From the NCBI GenBank assembly GCA_947449315.1, contig CANFRC010000012.1, forward strand, positions 5,842 to 69,841: 64,000 nucleotides of DNA. Reading direction: 5' to 3'. This DNA comes from Bacteroidota bacterium. Its GTDB lineage: Bacteria > Bacteroidota > Bacteroidia > 2-12-FULL-35-15. Below the pieces are notes generated by a model that had not been told where the DNA came from, did not search any database, and saw only the letters and a list, made by a program, of their open reading frames with translations. Position numbers and translations under genes: made by a program. Each line of letters opens with the position of its first letter. Position 1 is the first letter of the stretch. Shown in pieces: positions 39,763 to 50,150 of the stretch.

Positions 39763-41214
39763 ATGAAAAAGTTGCTCTTGTTAAGTTCTATCGTTGCTCT
39801 CTTTAGTATGACCAGTTGTACTAAAAACACTGGTGAACTTTTAGGTGTTCAGCGACGTGCTGAGTGGTTCGATATCGATCCTTTTGGTATGTTGTACATT
39901 CCAATGGGAAGTTACAATATGGGACCAAGTGATGAGGATACTCCTTATGCTCACACTACCAAGTCTAAAACAGTTTCTGTTCAAGCATTTTACATTGATC
40001 AGACTGAAATTTCAAACAATGAATATCGTCAGTTTGTTTATTGGGTGAAAGACTCCATTGCTCATCGTGCTTTATTTGAAGATGGAAGAGCCGAGCATGG
40101 GATTGAAACGGATGACTATGATCAGCCAATTGATCCTCCATTGGTAAATTTTGACGAGAATATCGGTTATGATGAAACAGATGTGCGTGAGGTTCTTGAG
40201 TTTATGTACTTACCAGTAGAAGAAAGATTCTACAAGCGCAGAGAAATTGACTCCCGTAAATTAAATTTTGAATACTATTGGATCAATTTGCGCTTAGCGG
40301 CTCAGAAATCGAATCGTTTCAAACCTTCAAAATCTCCAGATGATAAAGGCCGCGATTTTATCAATGGCTACCAAAATACTAGTGTTGGCGACAATAAAAC
40401 ATTGGGTCACTATGACGTAAAAGATGGTGTTTCTGATGGAAACGGTAACTACAGCACTCGTGAACAAAAAGATAAAGACAGAAGCGTGTTTATTGTAAAA
40501 GATGTGATCAATGTTTACCCAGATACTTTGGCTTGGGTGCATGATTTCACATACTCTTTTAACGAGCCTATGACGAATATGTATTTCTGGCACCCTGCTT
40601 ACGATGATTACCCTGTGGTTGGTGTTAGCTGGAAACAAGCAAGATCATTTTGTATATGGAGAACTCAATTATTTAACAATTGGTTGGTTGGAAATGGCCA
40701 ATCCTACCTAAATGATTTTCGTTTGCCTACTGAATCAGAATGGGAATATGCTGCTCGAGGCGGAAATGCTTTAAGCCCTTACCCTTGGGGAGGTCCTTAT
40801 ATCAGAAATGCTCTTGGGTGTTTCTTAGGAAACTTCAAACCAATGCGCGGTAGTTATATTGATGACGGAGGTTTTCATACTGTGAAAATTGCAGCGTATA
40901 ATCCAAATGATTACGGTTTATATTGTATGGCAGGTAATGCAGCTGAATGGACCAGCAATGCTTTTGATGAGTCAGCGTACGACTTTAGTCACGATTTAAA
41001 CCCCGATTACGTTTATGAAGCTCAAGATAATGAAGCGAATGTTTTGAAACGTAAAGTTATCAGAGGAGGTTCTTGGAAAGATGTTGGTTATTACTTGCAA
41101 ACAAGTACTAGAACTTATGAATATCAAGATACAGCAAAATGTTACGTTGGGTTCCGTTGTGTTCAAACATATCTTGGTCGTAACATGGGTGATGCCCCAG
41201 GCGAAGGATTTTAA
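39763..41214 (+). CDS. gldK: T9SS/gliding lipoprotein GldK (PorK)
   Basis: Lipobox MTSC; FGE-sulfatase fold (YPVVGVSW, RLPTESEWEYAARGG, RGGSW, GFRCV); YFWHPAY. Confidence 0.95.
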   Translation: MKKLLLLSSIVALFSMTSCTKNTGELLGVQRRAEWFDIDPFGMLYIPMGSYNMGPSDEDTPYAHTTKSKTVSVQAFYIDQTEISNNEYRQFVYWVKDSIAHRALFEDGRAEHGIETDDYDQPIDPPLVNFDENIGYDETDVREVLEFMYLPVEERFYKRREIDSRKLNFEYYWINLRLAAQKSNRFKPSKSPDDKGRDFINGYQNTSVGDNKTLGHYDVKDGVSDGNGNYSTREQKDKDRSVFIVKDVINVYPDTLAWVHDFTYSFNEPMTNMYFWHPAYDDYPVVGVSWKQARSFCIWRTQLFNNWLVGNGQSYLNDFRLPTESEWEYAARGGNALSPYPWGGPYIRNALGCFLGNFKPMRGSYIDDGGFHTVKIAAYNPNDYGLYCMAGNAAEWTSNAFDESAYDFSHDLNPDYVYEAQDNEANVLKRKVIRGGSWKDVGYYLQTSTRTYEYQDTAKCYVGFRCVQTYLGRNMGDAPGEGF

Positions 41215-41265
41215 TTTGTATTCTCTAAACTAAACAATAATAAATTAAATTTTAAACTTAAAATT

Positions 41266-42045
41266 ATGGGTGGTAAAAAATGGAAAAGTTTCATGGCCAA
41301 ATTGTATGGATTTGGTGCAGCAATCGTTATCGTTGGAGCGATGTTTAAAATTATGCACTGGCCTGGTGCAGGACCGATGCTTGTTGTTGGTCTATCTACA
41401 GAGGCCGTAATCTTCTTTTTCTCCGCGTTTGAGCCACCACATGAAGAGGTGGATTGGAGTTTGGTGTATCCTGAATTAGCAGGTATGCACGGTGAAGAAG
41501 GTGATCACGCAGGAATTGAAGACAAAGGTACCTTAACAGAACAATTAGATACAATGCTTGAAGATGCTAAGATTGGGCCGGAATTAATTGCTAGTCTTGG
41601 TGCAGGTATGCGCAGTCTTAGTGATCAAGCAGGAAAATTAAATAATATTACTGACGCTTCAGTCGCTACAAGTGATTATGTATCCAGTGTAAAGTCTGCA
41701 TCTAAAAACGTAGATTCATTGTCAAATGCATATTCTAAAGCAGCTGAATCTTTGATGGGTCTTGCTGTTAGCGGTGATGATAGCTCAAATTTGGGTGATC
41801 AAATCAGCAAAGTAGCGAAAAATCTTTCTGCGTTGAATGCTTCATACGAATTGCAATTGCAAGGTTCTGGTGAGCATTTGAAAGCTACATCTAGATTCTA
41901 CGGTGGACTTGAAGAATTGATGAAAAATCTTAACGACTCAGTAGATGATACTAAGAAGTATAAAGATCAAATCTCTCAACTTTCTTCTAATTTAGAATCG
42001 TTGAATACAATTTACGGTAACATGCTTACCGCAATGAGAAAATAA
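41266..42045 (+). CDS. gldL: T9SS/gliding motor subunit GldL (PorL)
   Basis: YGFGAAIVIVGAMFKIMHW, TEAVIF, DWSLVYPEL, YGNMLTAM. Confidence 0.96.
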   Translation: MGGKKWKSFMAKLYGFGAAIVIVGAMFKIMHWPGAGPMLVVGLSTEAVIFFFSAFEPPHEEVDWSLVYPELAGMHGEEGDHAGIEDKGTLTEQLDTMLEDAKIGPELIASLGAGMRSLSDQAGKLNNITDASVATSDYVSSVKSASKNVDSLSNAYSKAAESLMGLAVSGDDSSNLGDQISKVAKNLSALNASYELQLQGSGEHLKATSRFYGGLEELMKNLNDSVDDTKKYKDQISQLSSNLESLNTIYGNMLTAMRK

Positions 42046-42097
42046 TAGTTCCTACGAACTATTAGGTTTCAATAATGGAGAGTAATCTCCATTATTG
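42043..42097 (+). other. Two tandem RNA hairpins in the gldL-gldM spacer
   Basis: TAATAGTTC-CTAC-GAACTATTA and CAATAATGGAGA-GTAA-TCTCCATTATTG; no U-tract follows. Confidence 0.7.
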
Positions 42098-42139
42098 CTC
42101 ATTTAATTAATATTAATCTAAAAAAACTAATATAACAAT

Positions 42140-43768
42140 ATGTCAGGAGGCAAAGAAACCCCAAGGCAGAAGATGATTGGTATGATGTACCTGGTGTTAA
42201 CAGCACTTTTGGCGCTAAACGTATCAAAAGAGATTCTGAATGCCTTCGTTATCGTTGAGAGTGGTTTGAATAATACCAACGATAACTTCGATGGAAAAAA
42301 TGGAGTATTATATTCCAAGTTTGAGAAGGCAATGGCTGATAATAAAGTGAAAACAGAACCTTGGTACAAAAAGGCTTTGGAAGTAAAAAAATCGGCTGCT
42401 GAACTTTGTAAAATGGTTGATGATATCCGATCTGAATTATACTTAGAAGTTCAAAAGCTTCCTGATAAATCAGTGGCTGATACCTTTAAATTAGCGCAAT
42501 TAGACAGTAAAGATAACTATGACATTCCTACCCATGCTTTACTAGGTGCAACACCTGAAGAGCCAGGTGCGGATGCAAAAATTATTCCTTTGAAAAAAGC
42601 GATAATTGCTTTCAGGCAAAAAATGATGGATATAGTTCCTGCGAAAGAAAAAGCTGGTCTTAAATTAGGTTTAAGTACAGAGGATGTATATTCACTTAAT
42701 GATGAGAAAAAAGTTTCTTGGGAGTATAACAACTTTGACCATACCACTATGGCTGCTGATATGTGTATTTTTGCAGGTATCAAAAATGACATTAAAAATG
42801 CAGAAAGTGATGTTGTTGGAATCTTGTTAAAAGCAATCACTGCAGAGGATTTTTCTTTTGATGCTGTAGAAGCAAAAGTGGTGGCAAATGCGAACTACGT
42901 AACTGCTGGTGAAGATTACACAGCAGACATATTTGTTTCGGCTCACAGTTCCACTCAAAATCCTGAAATTGTTATTGGAAATGTTGATACAACTACAAAA
43001 GATGCTAAACTTGTTGGTACCGGAACACCAGTTCCTGTTACTGCGGGTGTCGGAAAATATGTTGTTCATACAGGTTCTGAAGGAGATCAAGAGTATAGTG
43101 GTGTTATCAATGTGAAAGCACCGGACGGTTCTGTAAAACCATATCCATTTCATGGTAAATATACAGTTGCTAAACCATCTATGGCAGTTTCTCCAACTAA
43201 AATGAATGTGTTTTATATTGGTGTAGACAATCCGGTAGATATTTCAGTGGCAGGAACTGCTCCAATGGATGTTTCTGCAACGTTGAGTGGCGGAAGCGGT
43301 ACGATTAAGTCCTTAGGCGGCGGACACTACATTGTTAGCGTAAAGTCTGGTGATGCAAAAGGAATGATTAATGTGAACGTTTCTAAGAAAACAAAAGATG
43401 GTAATAAATCTGCTGGTCCTCCTATGGTTTTCCGTGTTAAAAAAGTACCAAGTCCTCAAGCTTCATTTGCTGGAGTGGTAGGTGATGGAAAAGTAAGTAA
43501 AGGAGAAATCATGAGTGCAGGTGGTGTGATTCCAAAATTGGAAGATTTCGTTTTCGATTTAAAATTCCCAGTAGTTTCTTGGAATATGTCTGTATTTGTG
43601 AATGGTGTATTCGTTGATTATACCGCTCAAGGTGCTAGTTGTACTGGAGCAATGAAGGAGATTATGGCTAAGGTGAAAACGGGTCAAAAAGTGTTGATCG
43701 AGGAAGTGAAGGTTCAGTGTCCTGATGGAGTTAGGAAAATTGTTGGTTGTGTTCTAAAAATTAAATAA
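42140..43768 (+). CDS. gldM: T9SS/gliding motor subunit GldM (PorM)
   Basis: PRQKMIGMMYLVLTALLALNVS, KMNVFYIGVDNP. Confidence 0.96.
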   Translation: MSGGKETPRQKMIGMMYLVLTALLALNVSKEILNAFVIVESGLNNTNDNFDGKNGVLYSKFEKAMADNKVKTEPWYKKALEVKKSAAELCKMVDDIRSELYLEVQKLPDKSVADTFKLAQLDSKDNYDIPTHALLGATPEEPGADAKIIPLKKAIIAFRQKMMDIVPAKEKAGLKLGLSTEDVYSLNDEKKVSWEYNNFDHTTMAADMCIFAGIKNDIKNAESDVVGILLKAITAEDFSFDAVEAKVVANANYVTAGEDYTADIFVSAHSSTQNPEIVIGNVDTTTKDAKLVGTGTPVPVTAGVGKYVVHTGSEGDQEYSGVINVKAPDGSVKPYPFHGKYTVAKPSMAVSPTKMNVFYIGVDNPVDISVAGTAPMDVSATLSGGSGTIKSLGGGHYIVSVKSGDAKGMINVNVSKKTKDGNKSAGPPMVFRVKKVPSPQASFAGVVGDGKVSKGEIMSAGGVIPKLEDFVFDLKFPVVSWNMSVFVNGVFVDYTAQGASCTGAMKEIMAKVKTGQKVLIEEVKVQCPDGVRKIVGCVLKIK

Positions 43769-43788
43769 CCATAATACGGAGGTATACC

Positions 43789-44661
43789 ATGCAAAAAATT
43801 AAAATTCTTTTATTAGTATCTTTTGTTGCTTTAGCAACAATTGATATCTATGGTCAGGAAGTAATGAGACCACCAAAATATCATGAAGATGGTGTGTACA
43901 AAAAAGAAAACACTCATTCAAGAAAACCTGTTTCTTATCCTACATTGCGTGAAGCAGATGTTATGTGGAGTAAGCGAGTTTGGCGTACGATTGATTTGCG
44001 TGAAAAAATTAACTTCCCTTTGTATTATCCGGATGCTGAAATTGCGGATAGAAAAAGTTTATTTGATGTGATCATTGAGGCTGCAACCAAAACAGGAACA
44101 ATCACTTGTTTTGCTCAACCTGCAACGGATGATGAATTTCATTACGACATGACGAAGAGTGAGGTAGAAGGCATGCTTGTTAAATGGGATTCAACTCATC
44201 AAACGGAAGATCCGAATAGTCCTGGAACAATGATAACAGCTCCAACAAAAAATGTGACTTCCACTGATAAGGTTTGGCAATATTGGATAAAAGAAGATTG
44301 GTTTTTTGATAAGCAGCGTTCTGTTTTAGATGTTCGTATCATTGGTTTATGTCCATTGATTGAGAAGAAAACAGAGTCTGGTGAGTCAACAGGTGCTAGT
44401 ACTCCTTTGTTCTGGATATACTTCCCTGATGCAAGACCTATCTTTGCAAATAATGAGGTGTACATGAGACATAATGATGCTGAGAGAAGAACGTTTGAAG
44501 ATATTTTCTACAAAAGGATGTTCTCTAGTTATGTTCGAAAAGAAAGTAACGTTTATGATAGAGGTATTTATGATTACAAAACAGGCTTAGACCAGTTGTT
44601 GGAATCTGAACGAGTAAAAAATGATATTTTTACTTTTGAGCACGACTTGTTTCATTTCTAA
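43789..44661 (+). CDS. gldN: T9SS/gliding protein GldN (PorN)
   Basis: READVMWSKRVWRTIDLREKINFPLYYP, KEDWFFDKQRS, LFWIYFP. Confidence 0.95.
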   Translation: MQKIKILLLVSFVALATIDIYGQEVMRPPKYHEDGVYKKENTHSRKPVSYPTLREADVMWSKRVWRTIDLREKINFPLYYPDAEIADRKSLFDVIIEAATKTGTITCFAQPATDDEFHYDMTKSEVEGMLVKWDSTHQTEDPNSPGTMITAPTKNVTSTDKVWQYWIKEDWFFDKQRSVLDVRIIGLCPLIEKKTESGESTGASTPLFWIYFPDARPIFANNEVYMRHNDAERRTFEDIFYKRMFSSYVRKESNVYDRGIYDYKTGLDQLLESERVKNDIFTFEHDLFHF

Positions 44662-44677
44662 ACAAGAAACTATTTTT

Positions 44678-44713
44678 AAAATCCCCTTTATTTTAATAAA
44701 GGGGATTTTTTTT
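44678..44713. terminator. Terminator after gldN (probably bidirectional)
   Basis: AAAATCCCCTTTATT-TT-AATAAAGGGGATTTTTTT. Confidence 0.85.
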
Positions 44714-44801
44714 GTTTTTATTTGTTCAACATTGTGAGTAAAATAATAAGGAACGAGTGAAAGTGATTTATCGCATTATGTAGTCATAAAAGCTGTTTGT
44801 T

Positions 44802-45473
44802 TTAATCACACGCTCTTCTTAAAAATAGATTTAATGGATACATGGATTTCATCACTTCAGAACATTTTTTTATAAAATCTTTAGAGAGCACTTCAGTATC
44901 TTTAAAAGAATGGATTATAATATAGCTTCTGTATTTTAGCAGTTCAATTTCTGGATGTGTTTTGTCATATCCTTTTGGAACCGTTTTTAATTTATCTTCT
45001 TCCGATAGTTTTCCGAATTGTTTTATGAAGTCTTTAGCCGATATGATCTTTTTAAATTCTTCAGGATGGTAGTCAATTTCCTGACGGATCGCATTAATTT
45101 GCGGAGACGGTGGTTGCCACATGCCCCCGGCAATAAATGATTCCCCCGGCTGAATCTGGATATAGTAGCCGGCTGAAAAAGATTTTTTCCCTCCAGGAGA
45201 AAGTATCGCACCCAAATTGTTTTTATAGGGATCTTTATTCTTTGAAAAACGAACATCACGGTTGATTCTGAAAATACAGTTTTTAGATTCTAGATCTTTT
45301 ATGGAAGGATCAAACGTTGAAGTTGAAATTAAAACAGAATCTATGAATTCCTTGAAATTATATTTAGCATGATCATAGTTATCACGGTTCTTTACAAACC
45401 AGTCCTTGTTATTGTTTTTGCTCAGATTCCGTAGGAATTCAAGTGTCGATTTTTCAATCATGTGATGTTGCAA
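44802..45473 (-). CDS. DUF2461 family protein
   Basis: NNNKDWF, FRINRDVRFSKNKDPYK, GGMWQP, LKTVPKGY. Confidence 0.9.
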   Translation of the reverse strand: MQHHMIEKSTLEFLRNLSKNNNKDWFVKNRDNYDHAKYNFKEFIDSVLISTSTFDPSIKDLESKNCIFRINRDVRFSKNKDPYKNNLGAILSPGGKKSFSAGYYIQIQPGESFIAGGMWQPPSPQINAIRQEIDYHPEEFKKIISAKDFIKQFGKLSEEDKLKTVPKGYDKTHPEIELLKYRSYIIIHSFKDTEVLSKDFIKKCSEVMKSMYPLNLFLRRACD

Positions 45474-45479
45474 TATTAA

Positions 45480-46589
45480 TTATTTTTTTTCTTCCAGTTT
45501 AGAGGTTAGTTTTTGTATTATTTTAAAATTATTTAAAAATTCTTTCGCAATAATTCTAAGAATAGTATAAACCGGAATAGCTACAATCATACCACCAATT
45601 CCGGCTAGGGTGCCTGCAATAAGAATGACAATAAATATTTCTAAAGGATGAGCCTTAACAATGTTTGATATGACGAGAGGTTGAAAGACCATTGCATCCA
45701 ATAATTGTATGATTAGAAAAGAGGTTGCTATTTTATATATTAGCGGAAGCAATTGCGTGTGAAAATCTAGTCCGATGTTAGCTGTAACACCTATTAAAAT
45801 ACCAAAGGTGGCTCCCATAAGCGGACCGACATAAGGAATTACATTTACTAGGCCAGCAAACATGCCGATCAAAAGGGCGTTCCTTACTCCTAATAAGCTT
45901 AATGAAATTGTTGTTAGTGCAGCTACGAAAAGCATATCAAATAAAATGCCTATAAAATAGCGCGTTAGCAAACGTTTGGTGTCCCGCATAATATCTTTGA
46001 TAGCTTCCGTATATTTAGGAGGAGTCAATAATAAAATAATATCATAAATCAAATGCTCGTCTTTCATAAAGAAGAAGGCCATAAATAGTATTGCAAATGT
46101 CCCTCCGAAAATACTCCCCGTAAAACTTAACATCCCCTTGGCATAAGAGGAAACATCTTGGAATCCAATGATAGAAGACAATTCAGCTGCTAGGATGTTT
46201 TCTAAGTTTTCGCCATTTCCATGACTGATTTGGTATTTTTGAAGCGTGTAATTTAAATTTGATAGAGGTTCTTTAAATGCCGTTAAAATGTCATTTGGGT
46301 TTATCTTTTCAATAATTTTTCCTTCTTCAATTAATAGAGGAATAAACATGGAGATAAGAAAAATTAATGCAAATAAAATTGTTAGCAGCGCCAAAAAAGC
46401 AGAAAACCCTTTTGGAAGTTTAAACTTTTTTATTTTTATAGAGGAGAAGAACCTTACGAGCGGCTGGCCAATCAACGAAATTATAATTGCAATGGAAACA
46501 TAAATTACAATGGTTTTTAAATACCAAGCAGTTATACAAATTAGTGTGATTGCGAGTCCGATAAGTAGGTATTTAGGTTTAGATTGCAT
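45480..46589 (-). CDS. AI-2E family transporter
   Basis: Multi-TM; NVIPYVGP, QP...HPLEI, GMIVAIP. Confidence 0.9.
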   Translation of the reverse strand: MQSKPKYLLIGLAITLICITAWYLKTIVIYVSIAIIISLIGQPLVRFFSSIKIKKFKLPKGFSAFLALLTILFALIFLISMFIPLLIEEGKIIEKINPNDILTAFKEPLSNLNYTLQKYQISHGNGENLENILAAELSSIIGFQDVSSYAKGMLSFTGSIFGGTFAILFMAFFFMKDEHLIYDIILLLTPPKYTEAIKDIMRDTKRLLTRYFIGILFDMLFVAALTTISLSLLGVRNALLIGMFAGLVNVIPYVGPLMGATFGILIGVTANIGLDFHTQLLPLIYKIATSFLIIQLLDAMVFQPLVISNIVKAHPLEIFIVILIAGTLAGIGGMIVAIPVYTILRIIAKEFLNNFKIIQKLTSKLEEKK

Positions 46590-46668
46590 GGTGGTAATTT
46601 ATGTTATAAAGGTATAGATTAGATTGTAATAAAAACTATTCTGCTGTATATTTGTCCAATATTAGATT

Positions 46669-47679
46669 ATGGATTCACTTACTCATATTGTATTAGGGGC
46701 CGCTATTGGGGAAGCTGTGTTAGGGAAAAGGATCGGCAGAAAAGCCATGTTAATTGGAGCTCTGGCAGATACAATTCCTGATTTTGATGTCTTTGCTTCC
46801 CCCTGCTTCAGTGATGCTCAGCAGTTGTTAGTTCATCGTGGTATAACACATTCCTTCTTTTTCATTCTTTTAACGGCACCATTTTTTGGTTTTTTCTTAG
46901 GCAAATTGATGAAAACGACAGAAGTATCCTGGAAAAGGTACGCCTGGCTTTTTCTTCTTGGAATGCTAAGTCATATCTTGTTAGATTCAATGACAGCATA
47001 TGGAACAGGATGGTTTGAACCATTCAGTTCATATAGGGTGGCATTTGATTCCATATTTGTTGCGGATCCATTTTATACATTACCTTTTTTAATTTGTGTG
47101 CTCATTGCTTTTGTCGCAAAAAATGGATCTTCCACTCGAACGAAATGGAATAATATAGGCTTATGGGTTAGTTGCTTATACCTCCTTTTTACAATAGCAA
47201 ATAAGAACCATGTTCATTCAATTGTAAAGGAGTCTTTTTCAAAAAAAACAAATTTATCTGTTGATTTTGTTACTACACCAACGCCATTAAATAATTTTTT
47301 ATGGATGTCATACGGAACAGATAAATCAGGCTATTGGTTCGGCTATTACTCTATTTTTGATAAGAATAGGAATATTGAATTTTATCATATAAATAGAAAG
47401 GATTCATTGTTAAAGTCATTTGAAAATAATGAATCAATAAAAATTTTAAAGCAGTTCTCAAAAAATTATTATGTGATGTCGCAACATGATTCAACAATCT
47501 ACTTTAATGATATTCGTTTTGGTCAATTAGGCGGCTGGAATGGACCTGATTCAGCTTTTGTTTTTTCTTTTAAGCTCAATAAGAATTCAGATAATTTTGC
47601 AGCGCTTAGTAGAACAAAGTTTAAAACATCTTTTTCTGATGCACTTGCATCATTAGTGATTAGAATTAAAGGGAAATAA
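46669..47679 (+). CDS. Membrane metal-dependent hydrolase (YdjM/DUF457-like)
   Basis: MDSLTH, PDFD, HRGITHS, HILLD, YGT, DPFYT. Confidence 0.88.
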   Translation: MDSLTHIVLGAAIGEAVLGKRIGRKAMLIGALADTIPDFDVFASPCFSDAQQLLVHRGITHSFFFILLTAPFFGFFLGKLMKTTEVSWKRYAWLFLLGMLSHILLDSMTAYGTGWFEPFSSYRVAFDSIFVADPFYTLPFLICVLIAFVAKNGSSTRTKWNNIGLWVSCLYLLFTIANKNHVHSIVKESFSKKTNLSVDFVTTPTPLNNFLWMSYGTDKSGYWFGYYSIFDKNRNIEFYHINRKDSLLKSFENNESIKILKQFSKNYYVMSQHDSTIYFNDIRFGQLGGWNGPDSAFVFSFKLNKNSDNFAALSRTKFKTSFSDALASLVIRIKGK

Positions 47680-47684
47680 GTAGG

Positions 47685-48065
47685 TTAATCCTTTTTAAAT
47701 TGTTTGTATTTTACAAATATGTTGATGTATGCTAGCCTGGAGATTCTATAAAATACAGGCATTAGCAGTACTTGCAAAATTGCAAAAGTGATGATGAACA
47801 GCATGGTATCCAGATTAAAAAGGACGCATAGAAGAATAAATAAGCCAACCCCAAAAGCAACTGTTAGTCCGTAACTAACATACATTGCACCATAATAAAA
47901 CCCTATCTCAGGCTCAAATTGCGCATCGCAAACAGAACAGTGAAGATTCATTTTGTCGAATTTTTTTAAATGATAAGGGTTGTTGTCCTCAAAAAAATTT
48001 CCTTCATGACAACGAGGACATTTGTTATTTAAAATGCTGAAAAGGCGAGTTTGGTTGAACGACAT
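47685..48065 (-). CDS. DUF983 family membrane protein (Zn ribbon + two TM helices)
   Basis: CPRCHEG...CSVC, EIGFYYGAMYVSY. Confidence 0.85.
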   Translation of the reverse strand: MSFNQTRLFSILNNKCPRCHEGNFFEDNNPYHLKKFDKMNLHCSVCDAQFEPEIGFYYGAMYVSYGLTVAFGVGLFILLCVLFNLDTMLFIITFAILQVLLMPVFYRISRLAYINIFVKYKQFKKD

Positions 48066-48218
48066 AATAGTAGATTATTTGTTAAGCAAAGTTATGTTTT
48101 ATTGAAATGTGAAACTAAAATATTAGGCGATTAATACGTATTTGAATACCAAATTTTGCCTGTTTTAAAGCAAAAGGAAGCTGAAATTTGATTATATTTG
48201 CAGCCTTAATTTTTTTAA

Positions 48219-50150
48219 ATGATCTCAGTAAATTCAGTTACAGTATCTTTTGGCGGCTATGATTTGTTTGATAACGTAAGTTTTTTGGTAAATCCGAAAG
48301 ATCGAATAGGGCTTGCGGGTAAAAATGGAGCAGGGAAGTCAACCATGTTAAAGCTATTGTCGGGCTTGCAGAATCCAACAAAAGGGGAAATCTCAAAACC
48401 AAATGATTTCAGAATAGGGTATTTGCCACAAGATATGATTCATCAGCATGGGCGAACTGTATTTGAAGAGACAGCTACAGCATTTGAAGAAATTCAAAAG
48501 TTAGAGGCTCGTTTAAATGTTGTTACCCACGAATTGGAAACGCGTACAGATTATGAAAGTGACGCGTACATGAATCTAATTACAGAATTAACGGACATTA
48601 ATACGCGGCTTGACATTATTGGGGCAGCCAATAGAGAGGAAGAAATAGAGAAAATATTAAGAGGATTAGGTTTTGAACGAACAGATTTTCACCGTCAAAC
48701 AGCTGAATTTAGTGGTGGCTGGAGAATGCGGATTGAATTAGCAAAAATTCTTTTACAGAAACCTGATATTTTATTGTTGGATGAACCTACCAATCACTTG
48801 GATATTGAATCTATTCAATGGTTGGAAGAAACTATGCAAACGTTTTCCGGTTCTGTGATGTTAATTTCTCACGATAGGCAATTTTTGGATAATGTTACAA
48901 CACGTACTATTGAAATTTCCAATCAGAAAATATACGACTACAAAACCAACTATTCGCGTTACTTGGTTTTGCGTCAAGAAAGAAAAGAACAACAAGAGAA
49001 TGCTGCAAAAAATCAACAAAAAGTAATTGATCAGACCGAAGCGCTTATTGATAAATATCGCGCAAAGGCAAGTAAAGCAGCTTTTGCACAATCATTGATC
49101 AAGAAGTTGGACCGAATGGATATTGTTGAAGTTGACGAAAGTGATACGGCAGCAATGGCATTTCGTTTTCCTCCGCCCGCTCTTTCAGGGAAAATTGTTG
49201 TTACAGTTGAAGATGCAGGAAAAGTGTATGGTGAAAAACGTATTTTTAAAAACGCCAATTTTATTTTAGCTAAAGGTGAAAAAATCGCTCTAGTTGGAAG
49301 AAATGGCGAAGGAAAGAGTACGATGATGAAAATGATTGCTCAGCAAATTGATTACGAAGGAACTGTTCAATTAGGACACAATGTAATGATGGGCTATTTT
49401 GCGCAAGATCAAGCGGAAAAGTTGGATCCTAATAAAACTGTATTTGAAACTATTGATGAGCTTGCAGTGGGTGATGTTAGAAAACAAGTTCGCACCATGT
49501 TAGGCTCATTTCTGTTTGGTGGTGAAGATATTGATAAAAAAGTACGTGTATTAAGTGGAGGAGAGCGCGGGCGTTTAGCATTATGTAAATTGTTGCTTCA
49601 GCCATATAATCTATTGGTGTTGGATGAGCCAACGAATCATTTGGATATTCGAAGTAAAGAGGTTTTAAAAAAAGCCGTGCTTGCCTATGAAGGAACTGCA
49701 ATTATAGTATCTCATGATAGAGATTTTTTAGCAGATTTAACGGAGAAAATGTATGAGTTCAGAAATGGCGAAGTTCGAGAGCATTTAGGAGGCATTAACG
49801 AGTTTATGGAAAAGTTGAAGATGTATCGTTTGGAAGAAATGAATACTTCTAAAAACCCTTTTCAAAAGGCAAAACCTGAAGTAGTAAAAGAAAAGCCAAA
49901 AGAAGATACTCAGAATGATGAGCGCTTAAAAGAATTGAAATTGATCAATAGTCAGATTATGAAATCTGAAAAAGAGATCTCTCGTTTAGAAGTAGAAATA
50001 AAAGTTTTTGATGATAAACTCTCAGACCCTTCACACTACCAAATAGTCGTGAATGATAAAGAGGCATTTGCAAAGTATGAAGCATTGAAAAAAATGCTGG
50101 ACATAGAAATGCAAAATTGGGAAACCTTACAAGCGAAGTTAGAAAAATAG
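48219..50150 (+). CDS. ABC-F family ribosome-associated ATPase
   Basis: Two ABC domains (GKNGAGKST, FSGGW, LLDEPTNHLD; GRNGEGKST, LSGGE), no TM segments, coiled-coil C-terminus. Confidence 0.95.
   Translation: MISVNSVTVSFGGYDLFDNVSFLVNPKDRIGLAGKNGAGKSTMLKLLSGLQNPTKGEISKPNDFRIGYLPQDMIHQHGRTVFEETATAFEEIQKLEARLNVVTHELETRTDYESDAYMNLITELTDINTRLDIIGAANREEEIEKILRGLGFERTDFHRQTAEFSGGWRMRIELAKILLQKPDILLLDEPTNHLDIESIQWLEETMQTFSGSVMLISHDRQFLDNVTTRTIEISNQKIYDYKTNYSRYLVLRQERKEQQENAAKNQQKVIDQTEALIDKYRAKASKAAFAQSLIKKLDRMDIVEVDESDTAAMAFRFPPPALSGKIVVTVEDAGKVYGEKRIFKNANFILAKGEKIALVGRNGEGKSTMMKMIAQQIDYEGTVQLGHNVMMGYFAQDQAEKLDPNKTVFETIDELAVGDVRKQVRTMLGSFLFGGEDIDKKVRVLSGGERGRLALCKLLLQPYNLLVLDEPTNHLDIRSKEVLKKAVLAYEGTAIIVSHDRDFLADLTEKMYEFRNGEVREHLGGINEFMEKLKMYRLEEMNTSKNPFQKAKPEVVKEKPKEDTQNDERLKELKLINSQIMKSEKEISRLEVEIKVFDDKLSDPSHYQIVVNDKEAFAKYEALKKMLDIEMQNWETLQAKLEK

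Noticed and set aside
47685-48065. CPRCH as a heme-binding motif
   Set aside because: Paired with a second CxxC in an N-terminal region lacking a signal peptide; fits the DUF983 zinc ribbon, not cytochrome c
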